DNA of 64,000 nt from Lama glama (Eukaryota). The stretch covers positions 15,066,001-15,130,000 of the forward strand of contig CM052820.1 of NCBI GenBank assembly GCA_028534125.1. Reading direction: 5' to 3'. Position numbers and translations under genes: made by a program. Every line of letters starts with the position of its first letter. Position 1 is the first letter of the stretch. Under the pieces are notes generated by a model. It was given only the letters and a program-made list of their open reading frames with translations, was not told the origin of the DNA and made no database searches. This document shows, one piece after another, positions 1 to 19,000 of this stretch.

Positions 1-120
1 TTCCTGCTGCCCGCCCGCCTTCGGCCTGTGCTACCCAGAAGGTCACCAGGGCGGCTGGTGGTTGCGCCTCGGGGGCTATTTTTAGGCCCCCCGGCTCGGG
101 TTGCGAGGGAGCTGTGGAGG
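1..120 (-). promoter_or_regulatory. GC-rich promoter region, probably of SPEG (gene body outside the window to the left), with canonical MEF2 site CTATTTTTAG at 76-85
   Basis: CpG-rich sequence with an exact CTA(A/T)4TAG match. SPEG assignment rests only on known synteny (SPEG follows DES on the same strand); no SPEG coding sequence is visible. Confidence 0.55.
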
Positions 121-924
121 GAGGGGGCAGCAGAGGAGGGGACTTGGACACCACTCGGCTCCTTGTCCCCCCTCTAAGAGCCCCCATCGCCCTCCTTGGC
201 CTGAATGGGTCCCTAAGGACTTGTTCCAAGCCCCCTACCCTGCGGTGTGCCCCGCCTCTAAGCCACCCACTTGGGGAGTCAGGTTACCCTTGGGCTCAAT
301 CCCACTTCCCTTCCTCCCTCCTCTCAGGCCCTGATTCCCAGCCCCACGTGGCTCTGGGAGAGGGAAAGGAGGTCCTGGGTGAGATATCAGAGAGGCAGAT
401 GAGCAGGCAGGCTCAAGTGAAGATGAGCAGACCCTGGGGAAGAGGGACCAGTGGCCTCCCACAGCCTCCATGGCAGCCGTGGTCAACAGTAAGACCAGGA
501 GCAGGGAGTCAGATGGATTTGGCTCCCAGCAAGTCCTGCCCTTCCTTGAGTGACATCAAATCTCTCTCAACCTTCAAATCCTCGTTTGTCTAAATGAGTT
601 GTTGTATAGAATTGCAACAGGGAGAGGAAAGTAGGAAGGACGTTCCAGGCAGAGGGAACAGCAAAATCAGTAGGTGATGTTTTCTGAGAATCAGAGGAAT
701 TTGGAGGGACTGAACCACAGTGGGGTGAGGTGGGTGGAGGTGAGAAGTGGGGCCTGAAAAGAGGGCTTTGCTTGCTAAGGTCCCTATCCTGATGGCCATC
801 CGGGGCCACTGCAGGGCGTTCAGCAGTAGAATAACATGGTTAGACCTGTGTTTTAGAAGGATCGTTCTAGCAGCCACAGTGTGGAGGGTGGGTTGGAGAT
901 AGGAGAGTTGCAGGCCAGTTAGAC

Positions 925-1430
925 CTGCAGTTCTCAAAGTATAGCCTCTGTTAAAAGTACAGATTCCCAAGCTCTACTCTGAGGTGCAGATTCAGTATAG
1001 GGGCTAGGAGGGTTTAGGAATCTGCACATAAATAGCCCAGTGACTCCAATGCATTTAAGAGCTGTACTTTGAGAAACATCAGGATAGGACATTACTGCTT
1101 TTAAAAGTCCAAGTAAGACTTTTGTGATGGGACAGTTCTGTATCTTGAGTCTGGTGGTCACATGAATCTACACATGTAATAAAATTGTATTGAACTAAAT
1201 ACACACACGCAAACAAGCATTAATGAATGCATGCAAACTGGTAAAATCTAAAGAAGGTGGTGGACTATGTCAATGGCAATTTCCTAGTTGTGATATGGTA
1301 TTATGGTTATGTAAGATGTTACTACTGGGGGAAACCAGGTAAAAGATACACAGTATCTCTCTGTGTTGTTTCTTATAACTGCATGTGAACCTAAAGTTAT
1401 CTCAAAATAAAAGTTTTTTTTTTAAAAAAG
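925..1430. mobile_element. MER5-like DNA transposon (about 925-1098) followed by an old L1 3' end (about 1115-1430)
   Basis: Inverted ends cagttctcaaagt / actttgagaaac; typical L1M 3' UTR ending ctcaaaataaaagtt. Confidence 0.65.
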
Positions 1431-1883
1431 TCCAGGTGAGAGACCTAGCCCTGATGTTGAACCCTAGGGGATGAAGCCTGGGAAGAGCAGAGAGGAGCCA
1501 AAGGAGGAGCCAGCAGTCATTAGGAGATGGAGAAAGTTACCCTTATCCCCCATCATCATTCTGAAAGGCCCAAGTCAAAGTGTTTGTGTGTGCATGGAGA
1601 GGGCAGAGTTATACACTGAATTATATCTATAGTGTCCAAGAGCCTTAACGAATGACATCTTTGATTTTAGTTTGCATACATTAAAGCTTACTCTTTGTGA
1701 TGTGCTGTTCTCCTGGTTTTGACAAATGCAGAGAACTGCATCTGCTACTCCAGGATCATACAGGACAATCTCATCACCCTGAAGATTGCCTGAGCATCCC
1801 CTTTGTTGTCAGACATACCCCACCCGCCAACCCCTGACAACCACTGATGCTGAACTGAACTCTTAAATGTAAACTGAATTCTA

Positions 1884-2022
1884 GGGGGGAGGGTGTAGCT
1901 CAAGTGGTAGAGTGTATGCTTAGCATGCACAGGGTCTTGGGTTCAATCCCCGTACCTCCTCTAAAAATAAATAAATAGACCTACTAATTACCTACCCCCC
2001 ACCAAAAAATAAAATAAAATAA
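1884..2022 (+). mobile_element. tRNA-Ala-derived camelid SINE (vic-1-type)
   Basis: A box TAGCTCAAGTGG, B box GGTTCAATCC, A-rich tail, 19-nt target-site duplication aaatgtaaa(c/t)tgaattcta at 1865 and 2023. Confidence 0.9.
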
Positions 2023-4939
2023 AAATGTAAATTGAATTCTAAAAGGTAAAAATGTGGGGGAAGACATTGTAAGCAGATGGAACATCAAGACCAAAGGAGG
2101 AGGATTCCTGTCCCCATGTTGCTTATATTCGAGGAAGGAGACAAATGTAAAGAGATAAAGAAATGATAAAGATCATCAGGCGATGCATATTGTGGGGAGA
2201 ATGGAGCAGGGTAAGGGAGATGGAAGTGTGGTGGGTAACTTACACTTTCAAACAGGAGGATAGGAGTTGGCCTCACTGGGAACAGTTGAGTCAATCTTGA
2301 AGGAGGCAAATGGTGCAGAAGTCTGGGCAGGACTGCTTCAGGCAGAGGTGGAAATGTGCCCTGTGGGCTCCAAAAGAACCAGGAGGCCGTCGGGCAGGAG
2401 AGTGGAGGGACAGGAGGTCAGACAGGCAATGGGGAACAGATGGCCTAGCATCTTGTAGGCCATGGTTTTTTTACTCCTAGTGAAGTGGGAAGTCATCTCA
2501 CAAGATTTTGAGCCAAGGAATTACATGATCTGACTTAGGTTGTTGTGATGGCTTTAACTTATTATATTAAATTTTAAAATGAATATTAACTATTTAAAAG
2601 GGCCTGGCACAGAGCCTGGAACATGGCTTGTGGGTCTCCTGTTTGAATGTCCATAATGGCTTTCACTGTTGGGCGCACAGGAGTGTGTGGGCCTGGGTAA
2701 GGAGGGCATAGCCCCTTGCAAGTCGCGGGCGCCCTCTCCTGGAGGAGCCCACACTAGCCGTGACGCCGGAAGCCATTAGGCCCTGGCCAGGGCCCTTACC
2801 CAGAGCAGCTGGCTGGCTGCAAGGAGCTCATCTGTCCCTCAGAATGGCCCCACAGTGCCCCACGGCTTGGCGCCAGGATGGGTGTGTGCTGCCAGTCTGC
2901 CCTGCCTTGCAATCACAAGCCTGTGGTGTCATGGAAAGATATCTGGGCTCCGGAGTCCAAGGAGCAGGGGGCCTGGTCCTCCTCTGCCACAGATATGCTG
3001 TGTGACCTTGGCAGTTCACCCCACCTCTCTGGGCCGTGGGGTGTTTCCTCCAAGTCATAATGATGCACCGTGTGGTAAAAGCTCAGTAAGTGTTCATTGA
3101 ATCAGTGAATGAAGTTGGGGGAGGGGCATCAACCTCTCTGGTAAATATTTAATTTAGAGAAAAGTACATTTAAAGTGCCCAGTTCATATTCATTCAACAA
3201 GTATTTAAATATTTGATTGGCACCTTCTATGGACCAAGCACTCTTCCAGGTACTGGGAATACAGTAGTGAATAAAATGAATAAAAACCTTGGCCTTGGGT
3301 AGCTGACATTTTAGGTGTTGAATCAAAAGTCAGTGATGTACTTGCATATGTGTCCTGGGCAGGGTTGTGGTCAGAGGAGGAATAAGGGAGGTGGTGAATG
3401 GGTGGGATGCTTGTCTTCAGGGGCAGGGAGGGTAGCCAGAGTGGACAGTGCCTGCTGAGACCTCAGTTCTTGGCTTAAGGACTTTGCCCCACAATCCTTC
3501 CTACTCCATTGCCTTAGGTAGGGTCTGAGTCGGTCAGGAACTGGTCCCAAAGGAATCAGTGAAAAGCTGGTTAGCCCTCTATGAGCCCTCTTATTTCTTG
3601 GTGTTGGGTCTTAAAGGAGAAGACATCAGAGTTTCCCAATGAGCAGGGAGAGTTTTTGCCATGGAGATGATGGGGTGTGTGTCTGTGTGGATGATAGTAT
3701 GTTGAAGGTCTGCTTGTGTTTGTGTGATCCCATGAGACTCAGATCTCTTTGGGTTTATTTTTGTCCATTCTCTGGAGCACTACATTCACCAGGGGCCACA
3801 GGGGGTGGGGCAGAGGGATGGGGTGTAGTCCCAGGTACTCCCAGGGCAAGGTGAAGAACAGTATTCCGTGGAGAAGTGGTCCTTCCTGGAGGGAGGGACC
3901 CCACAAACAAGAGGGGAAGAGGCAAACTTGTGAGCAAAGGCAGCATCCAAGGAGAGGGGGAAGACAGAGACACCAGAAAGTCTTTCAGTAGCTTCTGGAA
4001 AAAGCCAGTTAGGAACGGCACACTAGAGACTTTAAGACTAAAACCCCATTAGATTTATTTCACCTACAGGCTGTCCGAATTTATCATGTTTGTGATCTCT
4101 GCCCTCTTCCCGTCTCTAAAGGGTAATCCCTGAAATCTAAGGAGCGGCTGGAAGGCTGGGACCTACATGGATTTACCAAGCTTCCTAAATCTCCTATCCA
4201 CCTGGAATTTAGTTTTTAGAAGAAGTGGAAAAAGAGACAGCTTTCCCTTGTGCCCTACCCCACCCTCCACGGCCACCTAAATGCCCCCACGTCCTATATT
4301 GAATAATTAAGGTTTCTTGACAGAAACTTTGAACATATCTGTGTCAATGTTTTATTCCATGATTGCCTACTTATTTTCGTGTGTTCTATGTTCCTCTCAT
4401 CTTCCTAAATTCTTCCTAAATTTCCTTTTGGTATTTTAATTGAGATTGTATTGCACCAAAATTAAAAATTAACATAGGATGAATTGACATCTTTAAAGTA
4501 TTGAGTCCTTTTCTCCAAGAACAAGGTAGAGTTTCTGTTTTTCTTCACATGGTTATTTTTCCTGAATCGGCCTTTGTAGGTAAAAGGTGCAGGTTTAGTG
4601 GGAAGAGGGTGTAAGCTTCTCTAGGGAAGGGACTGGGGGAGCCCGACTTCACAGTCAGGCTGTGGGGGCAGCCTGGCACTGGGGCCTAACAAGAGGTATT
4701 TGATTCCCCAACAAAAGCCTACGCCCAGCCCCCCTCCCCCAGATGTTACTACCCATGTACAGCAAGACTGAGAGGCTCTGGGAGGAAAAGGGGTGACAGG
4801 CCCTGGGGGACAGCCTGGCTGGGCAGGAGGACAGCACACAGTCCATCTCGAGGTGGTGGGCCAGGGCCTGGGAGGGTCCCCAGCGGAGGCCTGGCAGTCA
4901 AGGCAGCACAGGACGACGTGTGAGGCTTGTGCTTATCTT

Positions 4940-4945
4940 TTTATT
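4940..4945 (-). terminator. DES: DES polyadenylation signal AATAAA
   Basis: tttatt on + strand about 750 nt past the DES stop codon. Confidence 0.8.
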
Positions 4946-5695
4946 ATTTCTGTCCAGAGCCCCTGCATTGGGGGAGGGGTGGGCACGGGGAGGTGGCACC
5001 CCTGCCAACCGCCTGAGACCGCTCTCTGCCTCTCTCCTCTCCTCTCTGCTCCCCTCTGGCATCACACCCACCCTCTTTCCTTCGGAATCTCCTGCTCCCA
5101 CATCTGGCACCTTCGGGGGTTCCCTCTTGCAGCCCCTACTTTCTAAGCCCACCCTGGGAAAGAAAGGGACCATGGGGTCAGTATCTAGCCTCCCAGTCTC
5201 CACAGGGGGCTGGATCCCCAGTTACCTGCCGGGCTTGCTGAGGATGCTGCCCCTTCTCTCTGACTCAGGCTGGGCAGTGGGGAGTGGGGAGGTCACGGGG
5301 CTGGATCCTGACCCTGCGGGGTCCCTACACCCTGCTCTGGGGCCCTCTCCAGAGCCAGAGGCTAGAGCCTGAGGTCACAGAGGTGGGAGGGGCAGGGTCA
5401 CTGCTGCCTTGGCTCCATCCTGCCCCTACCCAGCACACCCTTGCGTCGCCAAGAGCCAGGCTCACTCACTTCCAACATCCAGACCTCACACAGCGGGGGG
5501 CTTCCTGTGCGGGGAGGGGGATGGGCTATGTCCCCTGTGGGGACCTTGAGCGGTGGTGGTCGGTGAGCAGGGGTCAGAGGCTGTGAGGGGAGCATTGTGG
5601 CCGGGTACAGTGCCCTGGGATGGAAGGAGGCTGGCTCTGGGAGGCAGTGAGGACAGGGGTGAGGACGGTCTCTGGTGGCAGAGGGGTCTCTGGCT

Positions 5696-12020
<6,325 letters not shown>

Positions 12021-12759
12021 GGAGGCCAGCTCCCCCGCGAGAGGACTGTGCCCCTCAGCCGGCGAGTGGGAGGCCCCTGAGGGGTGCGGGAGAGGCTGGT
12101 GAACCCAGGAGGGCAGAAGATGGGCAGGCCTGCCAATTGCTTCACCGGGGCGGGCGTAAGCATTTCTGGAGCCCCCAGGCAGGCCCCTTTCAGCCTCCTC
12201 CTGGGGGTGGTCAGGGGGAGAGCTGGGGAGAGGCTTCCAGTTAGTTTGAGGCTCCAGGGAGAGATTTTGGGTCATTGCCTGAACAGACAAGACCTGTTTC
12301 CAAGAAAGCTCCAAATCACCTTCTTTCTTAAGATTCTCTGAAAGTGGCAGAGGTTTAGGAGGGAGTCCACTAGCCAGGCCTAGAGGAGTTGACAAGCAAG
12401 GAGGACAGGAGGGCCTCCTGGGGGCAAGCAGGAATCCGAGCCAGGGCCCGCCTACTTAAGGATGCCCACCAGCACCTAGGGTCCGGCTCCCAGCCTCAGT
12501 TTCCCTCTGGACTAGTGAAGGCCCTTTTCCTCCCCTCTACCGGTGAGGGCGGGCCCTTAAGTTGATAAACAACCAGAAAGGGTCTGGTAGGCTTTCAGTT
12601 TCCAATTATAACCATCATAACATAGCTGTACACTCTCACCCCCACCCCACCAACTTTGCCTGGCTTCTGCCCCCTTGAGCTTACCCCTACCCCTTCTCTG
12701 ATTCATCCCCCTCCTCACACCACCCACGCCCCCACACACCAGGGGTTTGTGTTTTGTCA

Positions 12760-12850
12760 GGAGCCTCATGTCAACTCAGCCATCTCCCTGGCAGCAACAG
12801 CTGCCAACCCAAAATACCAGAGCTGGTATTTATAGAGGAGAATGCATCCG
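12760..12850 (-). promoter_or_regulatory. DES: Desmin muscle enhancer core: MEF2-type CTATAAATAC (12826-12835) and E-box CAGCTG (12798-12803)
   Basis: Paired MEF2 and E-box motifs about 0.9 kb upstream of the promoter, matching the position and layout of the described desmin enhancer. Confidence 0.85.
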
Positions 12851-13809
12851 GGAAACAAGAGCATAGGAGAGGACCTCTGAGGGGTGGGGGCTGGGTACCT
12901 GAGGGGACACGGGTGTCAGAGGGCCGAGGGAGGCTTGGGGGGTGATGAGCCGCAATCACTTCCCACCCCCCATAATGCCCCAAGCCCCCGGCAGGAATGG
13001 AGCCCAGCAGAGCGCTTGTCCATCCCTTTCACAGGCCCCCCTCCTTAGTACAAGGCACTGGCTGACCGCTAAGCACATCCCTACTTCTCCATGAATACTA
13101 GCTGTCTCTCTGCACCTCCACCAAGCCTCTCAGCCCTGACCTTTTTGAAGCGCAAAGCTTGGAAAGAGAAGGCTGCTCTTATCCTATCTCTGCCATGACC
13201 AGCAGACGTAATTACAAGCCACCAAGTATTTACTTCTCTGTGTCCTCAACTATAAAGTGAGAATGTTCAGCCTGCCAATGTCTACTCTGTAGGGGTTTTA
13301 AGAAGCTCAGGTAACAATAGGCAAATAATAACACCTTACCTATGCTGAGCACCCCCCACCCATGACCCCGCATACTCTGCCACTCCTGTGAGGTAGGAAC
13401 TAGTATCATTCCCACTTTAAAGCTCAGGAAGCTGAGGCAGCCTGACTCCAGAGCCATGCTTTGCCTCCAGGGTGGGTGTGAATGTGCCAGGTGAACTGTA
13501 AAGGGCTTTGTTGCTGCTGTCTTTGCAAAAAAAAGCCCTTTCACATTCAGTATCTCATTTTTATCCAAGAGACAAGCTTATGAGGTGGGTGGGGAGTTCC
13601 AGATATTCTTATCCAACCTTCGAGTCAGTGCAAGCTGTTGTGTTCTGGTTATTTTTGTGTCTCTTCTCCCAAACTAGATTGTAGGCTCTTGGAGAATTTT
13701 GGAGACTGTGTGGATCCTTAGCACATCCTAGGCAGCAGTGTCCTTGTTTTAGCTCAAAGTAGCCTGCAGGCTTTCTTTCCTATCCTTTTATTTTGTTAAC
13801 AAATGCTAC

Positions 13810-13811
<2 letters not shown>

Positions 13812-13848
<37 letters not shown>
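13812..13848. repeat. (CA)n microsatellite
   Basis: Perfect dinucleotide run. Confidence 0.97.
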
Positions 13849-13852
<4 letters not shown>

Positions 13853-14759
13853 CGAGTGGACAGGTGACTCAGCTCCCAGCCAGTCTTATAACTGCATTGC
13901 TTTGACTGCAGTGATTGGCTCAAGGGGTGGGCCTGGACCTGAGCAGGGCCAATCAGAGAACTACCCTGTAATTTATAGATGGAACTGGGACTACTAAACT
14001 GGAGCCTATGGCAACCATGTCTCCTGCCCACTGGGGAGATCTTTCTGGAGTAGGAAGAGAGGTCAGCACGCCAAGAGAAGCACAGAAACCTAGAGAGGAG
14101 GAGAATGTGGTGCCAGAAGTCCTAAATTCCATCCCCTAGGGCCCTGGTTCTGCAGCTCTTCCCTCATTTTGTGAGCTCCCCCAGTGTCCCTCCTAGTTTT
14201 GAGGCCAATAAACTTTTCCTTTTTTTTTTTTCCACTTAAGACACTTGGGATTACTGTCACCTGTAACCCAAACAATCCTAATTAATCTACTATAGGAAAC
14301 TGTGCACCCATTTCCATGACAGAACATTTCTGAGACTTCTCTCTGTGAACACTCTCCACAAGTCAGGAGGAAACTGCTGTTCAGGCCAGCCCGAGGCCTT
14401 AGTTCCTTGGTGAAATGAGGCAGTAAACAAATAAATAAATTATGCTATCTATTCTCTAGTCAAAATCAACATCTACCAGACTTGGCTCTGAGCCATTTGG
14501 AGCTGTTCCCAAAATCTGATACCACCCCTAAGGATTTGCTACCATGGAGGACAGCAAAACAACACTCTGAGGCTTGGGAGACAGGTGAAAAGAAGAGCAT
14601 TCCAAATCGTGCTCTGAACCAGGCAGCACCTCTCAAATAAGAGACTCTCCAAGGGACTACTTCCAACTGGACATGCTAAAAATAATAATTTATCTGGATA
14701 GGTAACATACTTGGCACAAAATTTCAGAGGTCCCATTATGTGAGTGGCTTTTTCTCTCT

Positions 14760-16080
14760 GTTGGTAATATCCTTTGATGCACAATAGGTTTTAATTTCGA
14801 TAAACTCCAATTTATCTATTTACTGTTATATTGCCTGTGCTTTTAGTGTCATATCCAAGAAATCATTGCCAAATCCAATATGAGGAATATTAGCCCCTGT
14901 GTTTACTTCTAAGAGTTTTACAGTTTTATGTCTTTGACCCATTATGAGTTAATTTTCTTATGTGGTATAGGGTAAGGATCCAACTTCATTCTTTTGCATG
15001 TGAATACCTAGTTTTCCCAGTAAAAAGACTGTCCTTCCCCCCTAATTGAAAACCATTTAGCCATACATGCGAGGATTCATTTCTGGACTCTCTATTCTAT
15101 TCCACTGATCTATATATCTGTCCTCACACCAGTACCACACTGTTTTGATTACCATAATTTTGCAGTGAGTTTTGAAATCAGGGAATGCAAGTCCTCCAAC
15201 TTTGTTCGTTTTCAAGATATTTTGGTTATTCAGGATTCATATTGAGATTCAATATGAATTTTAGATAGAATAGATTTTTCTATTTCTTAAAAAAATGGTG
15301 GGATTTTGATTGGGATTCATTAAATCTGAAGATCGCTTTGGGTATTATCGACAGCTTAACAATATTAAGTCCTCCAGTCAATGAACACTGGATGTCTTTC
15401 CATTTATTTATTTCTTCTTTAATTTATTTCAGCAATCTGTTATAATCTTTAATGTACAAGTCTTGTGTCTCCTTGGTTATGTTTATTCCTAAATATTTTT
15501 TTCTTTTTGATGTTATTGTAAATCAGATTGATCATGAGGGGTTTTCCTTTCATTCTGTTAATGTGGTATATTATACTGATTGATTTTCGTATGTTGAATC
15601 ATCCTTCCATTCCAGGAATAAATCCCTCTTTGTCATGTGTATAATCTTTTTAATATGCTGCTGAATTTGGTTGCTAGTATTTTGTTGAGAATTTTAACAT
15701 CAATATTCATAAGGAATATAGACTTGTAGTTTTATTTTCTTATATTACTATGTCTGGCTTTGGTATCAGGCTAATGCTGGCCTCAAAGAATGTGTTAGGA
15801 AATATTTCCTTTTTTTAGCGTTTGAGAAGAGTTGGTGTTAATTCTGAAATATTTGGTAGAATTCACCAACAAGGCTATCTGGTCCTGCTCTTTTTTTCAC
15901 TGAGATCTTTTGAGTCATTCTTCTTAATATCCTCATTTGTATTTCACTGTATGGATTTACCATAATTTTTTGACCAATTTTTTTATTGATGGAAATTTAT
16001 ATTGCTTCCAATCTTTTGCTATTATAAACAATGCTGCTATGAGCATCCTCGGGACAAATGTTCAAATATACAAATTTTGG
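14760..16080 (-). mobile_element. Old LINE-1 (L1M) ORF2 fragment, antisense
   Basis: T-rich sequence with L1 hallmarks such as ccagtaccacactgttttgattac and ggatccaacttcattcttttgcatg. Confidence 0.85.
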
Positions 16081-19000
16081 TAAGCTGTTCTTTTTAAAAA
16101 AAAACAACATTATTTTACGGTCACACCTCTCACCTGAGCTAAATGATATTGGAAATAGGAAGGTCTTCCAAGACAGACCATTTTGTTCAGTGTTTGTCAG
16201 AAAAAGGAGACAATTTATAAATTTAAGTACATGATATGCAGCCTTGTACACTGAGTGTTAGCAATATATTTTGTTGAATCAATTAAAGGAAGTCAGACCT
16301 GATACTTGATTGAAACCTTCCCAGATTACTCCAAACTTGGAAAGTCTTGGAAACTTATGGTTGGAGGTAACTTCACAGGTCACAAGATCAACCAGTCCCC
16401 TGCCCCCACTTCTCAGTTAAGGCTTAAATATTTTCTACTGTGATTCCAGCAAGTACTGTTCCAGTTTGAATCCCTCTACTGCCTGGGAACTTGATGTCGT
16501 CAGGCAGCCCATTCCACTCCACAAAGAGCACTGGGTACCTAACATATCTCCTTCATGGGTCGGTGGACAGCTCTGCTGTTAGAAAACATTTCCTTATATT
16601 TGAACCCAGGTGATATGATGTCTCTGCTATGCCTCTTATTCTGCCCTGGGAGCCAAACAGAGCAAGAAGAAACCTCTTTCACAGATCTACTCTTCAAATA
16701 TTTGGGGACAGTGTTCATGCCTCTTGGAGACTATGCCTGTTTCACCATTCCCAATTTCTCCCCCTTCCCTGAACTAATGAACCAGCAAAACCCAAACTCC
16801 TCATAGCCTTCAAGGCCCCACAGAACTGGCCCTGCCCACCTTGCCAACCTCAGCTCACTCACGTCTCCTTTGGGTTCACTTCACTTCAGCCATCTTGTCC
16901 TCTTTTCTGTTGGGTAACACTGCCAAGCCCTTCCCTGCCCTCCCCAAAGGTCAGTGACCAGAGGGCTTGTGGATGCTTGGGCAGGTCTCTGAACTTCATA
17001 GAGGGCTCCCTGGAAGACAAGGGCCCTGGCTTCCTACAGAACATCACAGATCTCATGGATAGCATGGATGGGGGGAGGTGGCTTGTATGTGTGGAGGGCT
17101 GGGGTGGGGACACTGACTTGGCCAGCACAGGGCATTTGGATTGAGGAAAAAACTGAAAGGAGTCAAAAAGGAGAGAACCAGAAGTGACTTTTCTACCTTG
17201 TCCTGCCTAGGAGTGTCTCACTCACCCCTGGTCTACTCTAGGATCCGTGTGAGACGGTGCTGATGCCACCCCATGGTGTGCCCTCCCTCCACTGACTGAC
17301 CCCGACCTCCAGGGTTGCCTTTGTCCCTTCGTTCAGGGCCCATCCTCCTCCTCTTTCTGTTTCCCAGCCTAGGACCTAGTTCTCCCATCCCAAGCTGGGT
17401 CATGGGATATAGCCATTGCATGAGACCCTTCAGGACAGTGTGGCAGGGATAAACTCTGGGACCCTGGCTCTTGCCTTTAGCATTTGGTGGGGAGGTGGGA
17501 GGCCCAAGCATGGGGGTGTAGAGGTGGGGTGGTCAGCCAGATGCTAAGATGTGGGGATTTATTCTGGTGGTTCACCAACTAACCATCTGTACCACTTGGG
17601 CAAGTCCCATTTCCTCTCTGGCCCTGTCATGCCCAGGTGTGAAACAGGACCAGGCTGGGCCATCTCTGGAGCCCCCCAGCTTAGGACATCCTGAGTCTCT
17701 AGGCCCAGGGGGTGGGACATTGAGTGGCCCCGGCTGAGCCCTCGCTGCATCAGTGCTCCCAGAGCCCCTCCCTCCAACAGTCCCCTTCTGTGCTGCCAGC
17801 CTCCCCCCATCCACCTTCCTCTCCGTTGTAGTGGCTGCTTAACCTCCACAGGCGGCTGAGGAGCCCGGAGTGACTGTAAAAGGGAAGGAATGTCCAGAGG
17901 CAATTGTTTCTTCCTGATATCACCCGGGGTAGGTTGAGTTGGGGGGCCCAGCTGGAACGGTGGCGTCAGGATTCTCCCTGAAATTCATCTCCCCCGTGCT
18001 GCACAGGCCCCCCTGCCCCAGGCTCAGCTAGCAACCCACCCCCTCTCATCTGCCACTCTCTGCATCTCATTGGTTTAAGACCTACAGGCTTCCCTCTCCC
18101 AACTTTCTCCACCTCCTGACCCCAGACCCTTTCCTGGGCCCCTTCTTTCATGACACCTCCCCCCCAGTTCTTGTAAATCCTCCTCCTCCTCAGCACCCCC
18201 ATACCCCACACCCCTGACCTAGCTCCTTCTCTGGGAAGCCCCACAGCCCAGCTTCAACCCCCTCCAGCCCTGCACTCCTTTTACAGACATGGAGTGCTTC
18301 AGGTTTTCTGCCAAAGTAGGAGAAGTCCGAGGCTAATCTCACCTCCTCCCAGCTCCCTCCCAACTTCTACCAAATAGGATGCCTTCCAGGCTGGGGAGGA
18401 GGAGGGGGAAGGGGGGTGAAATTGAGTCTCAAGGGGAGGAGCTAATGAGATGGGGGAGGTGAAAGCACTTTATGGACTCTAAACATCCTGGAAATTTAAG
18501 GTGTTATTCGCTTCAGTAAGAGATTTGGGACAGGGAGGATGGGGATGAAAGTCAGGTTGAGGGAAGAAGATGAGGAGGCTTTGCTAGCATTGAGGAAAGC
18601 TCCCCAGGAAGGCATCCTGATGGATGGCAGCAGTGGCATGGCTGGGAGTCAGGGAGCAGGAGTCCAGGCCTACCCTGGATAAGTGTGTGACTTTGGACTG
18701 GCTGCCTCCCCTCTCTGGGTTTCAGTTTCTCCTGGCTTAAAGTGAAATATCCTGGACATCCCTCCCTGTTCTGACCTGCAGGAGAGGAGTGAGAGAGGCC
18801 CTTTTCTTTTCAAAAGGTGCCTCTCTCGGCTGCCTCGCCTTTTTGCTCACACAGACTCACCAGCAAGCTAGACCTAGACCATTGGCACATCCCCAGAACA
18901 GATCCAATCCCACCATATGTTGATGAGATGTGACTACCCCTGCCAGCAGAACTGGACTCAGCCTCCTCTGCAGACACATAAGTTCCCTACCTCCAGGTTC

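Noticed and set aside
1884-1960. tRNA-Ala-like sequences here and at 26433, 27366, 43660 and 55849 as tRNA genes
   Set aside because: They have A-rich tails, mostly clear target-site duplications and diverged stems, so they are SINE heads.
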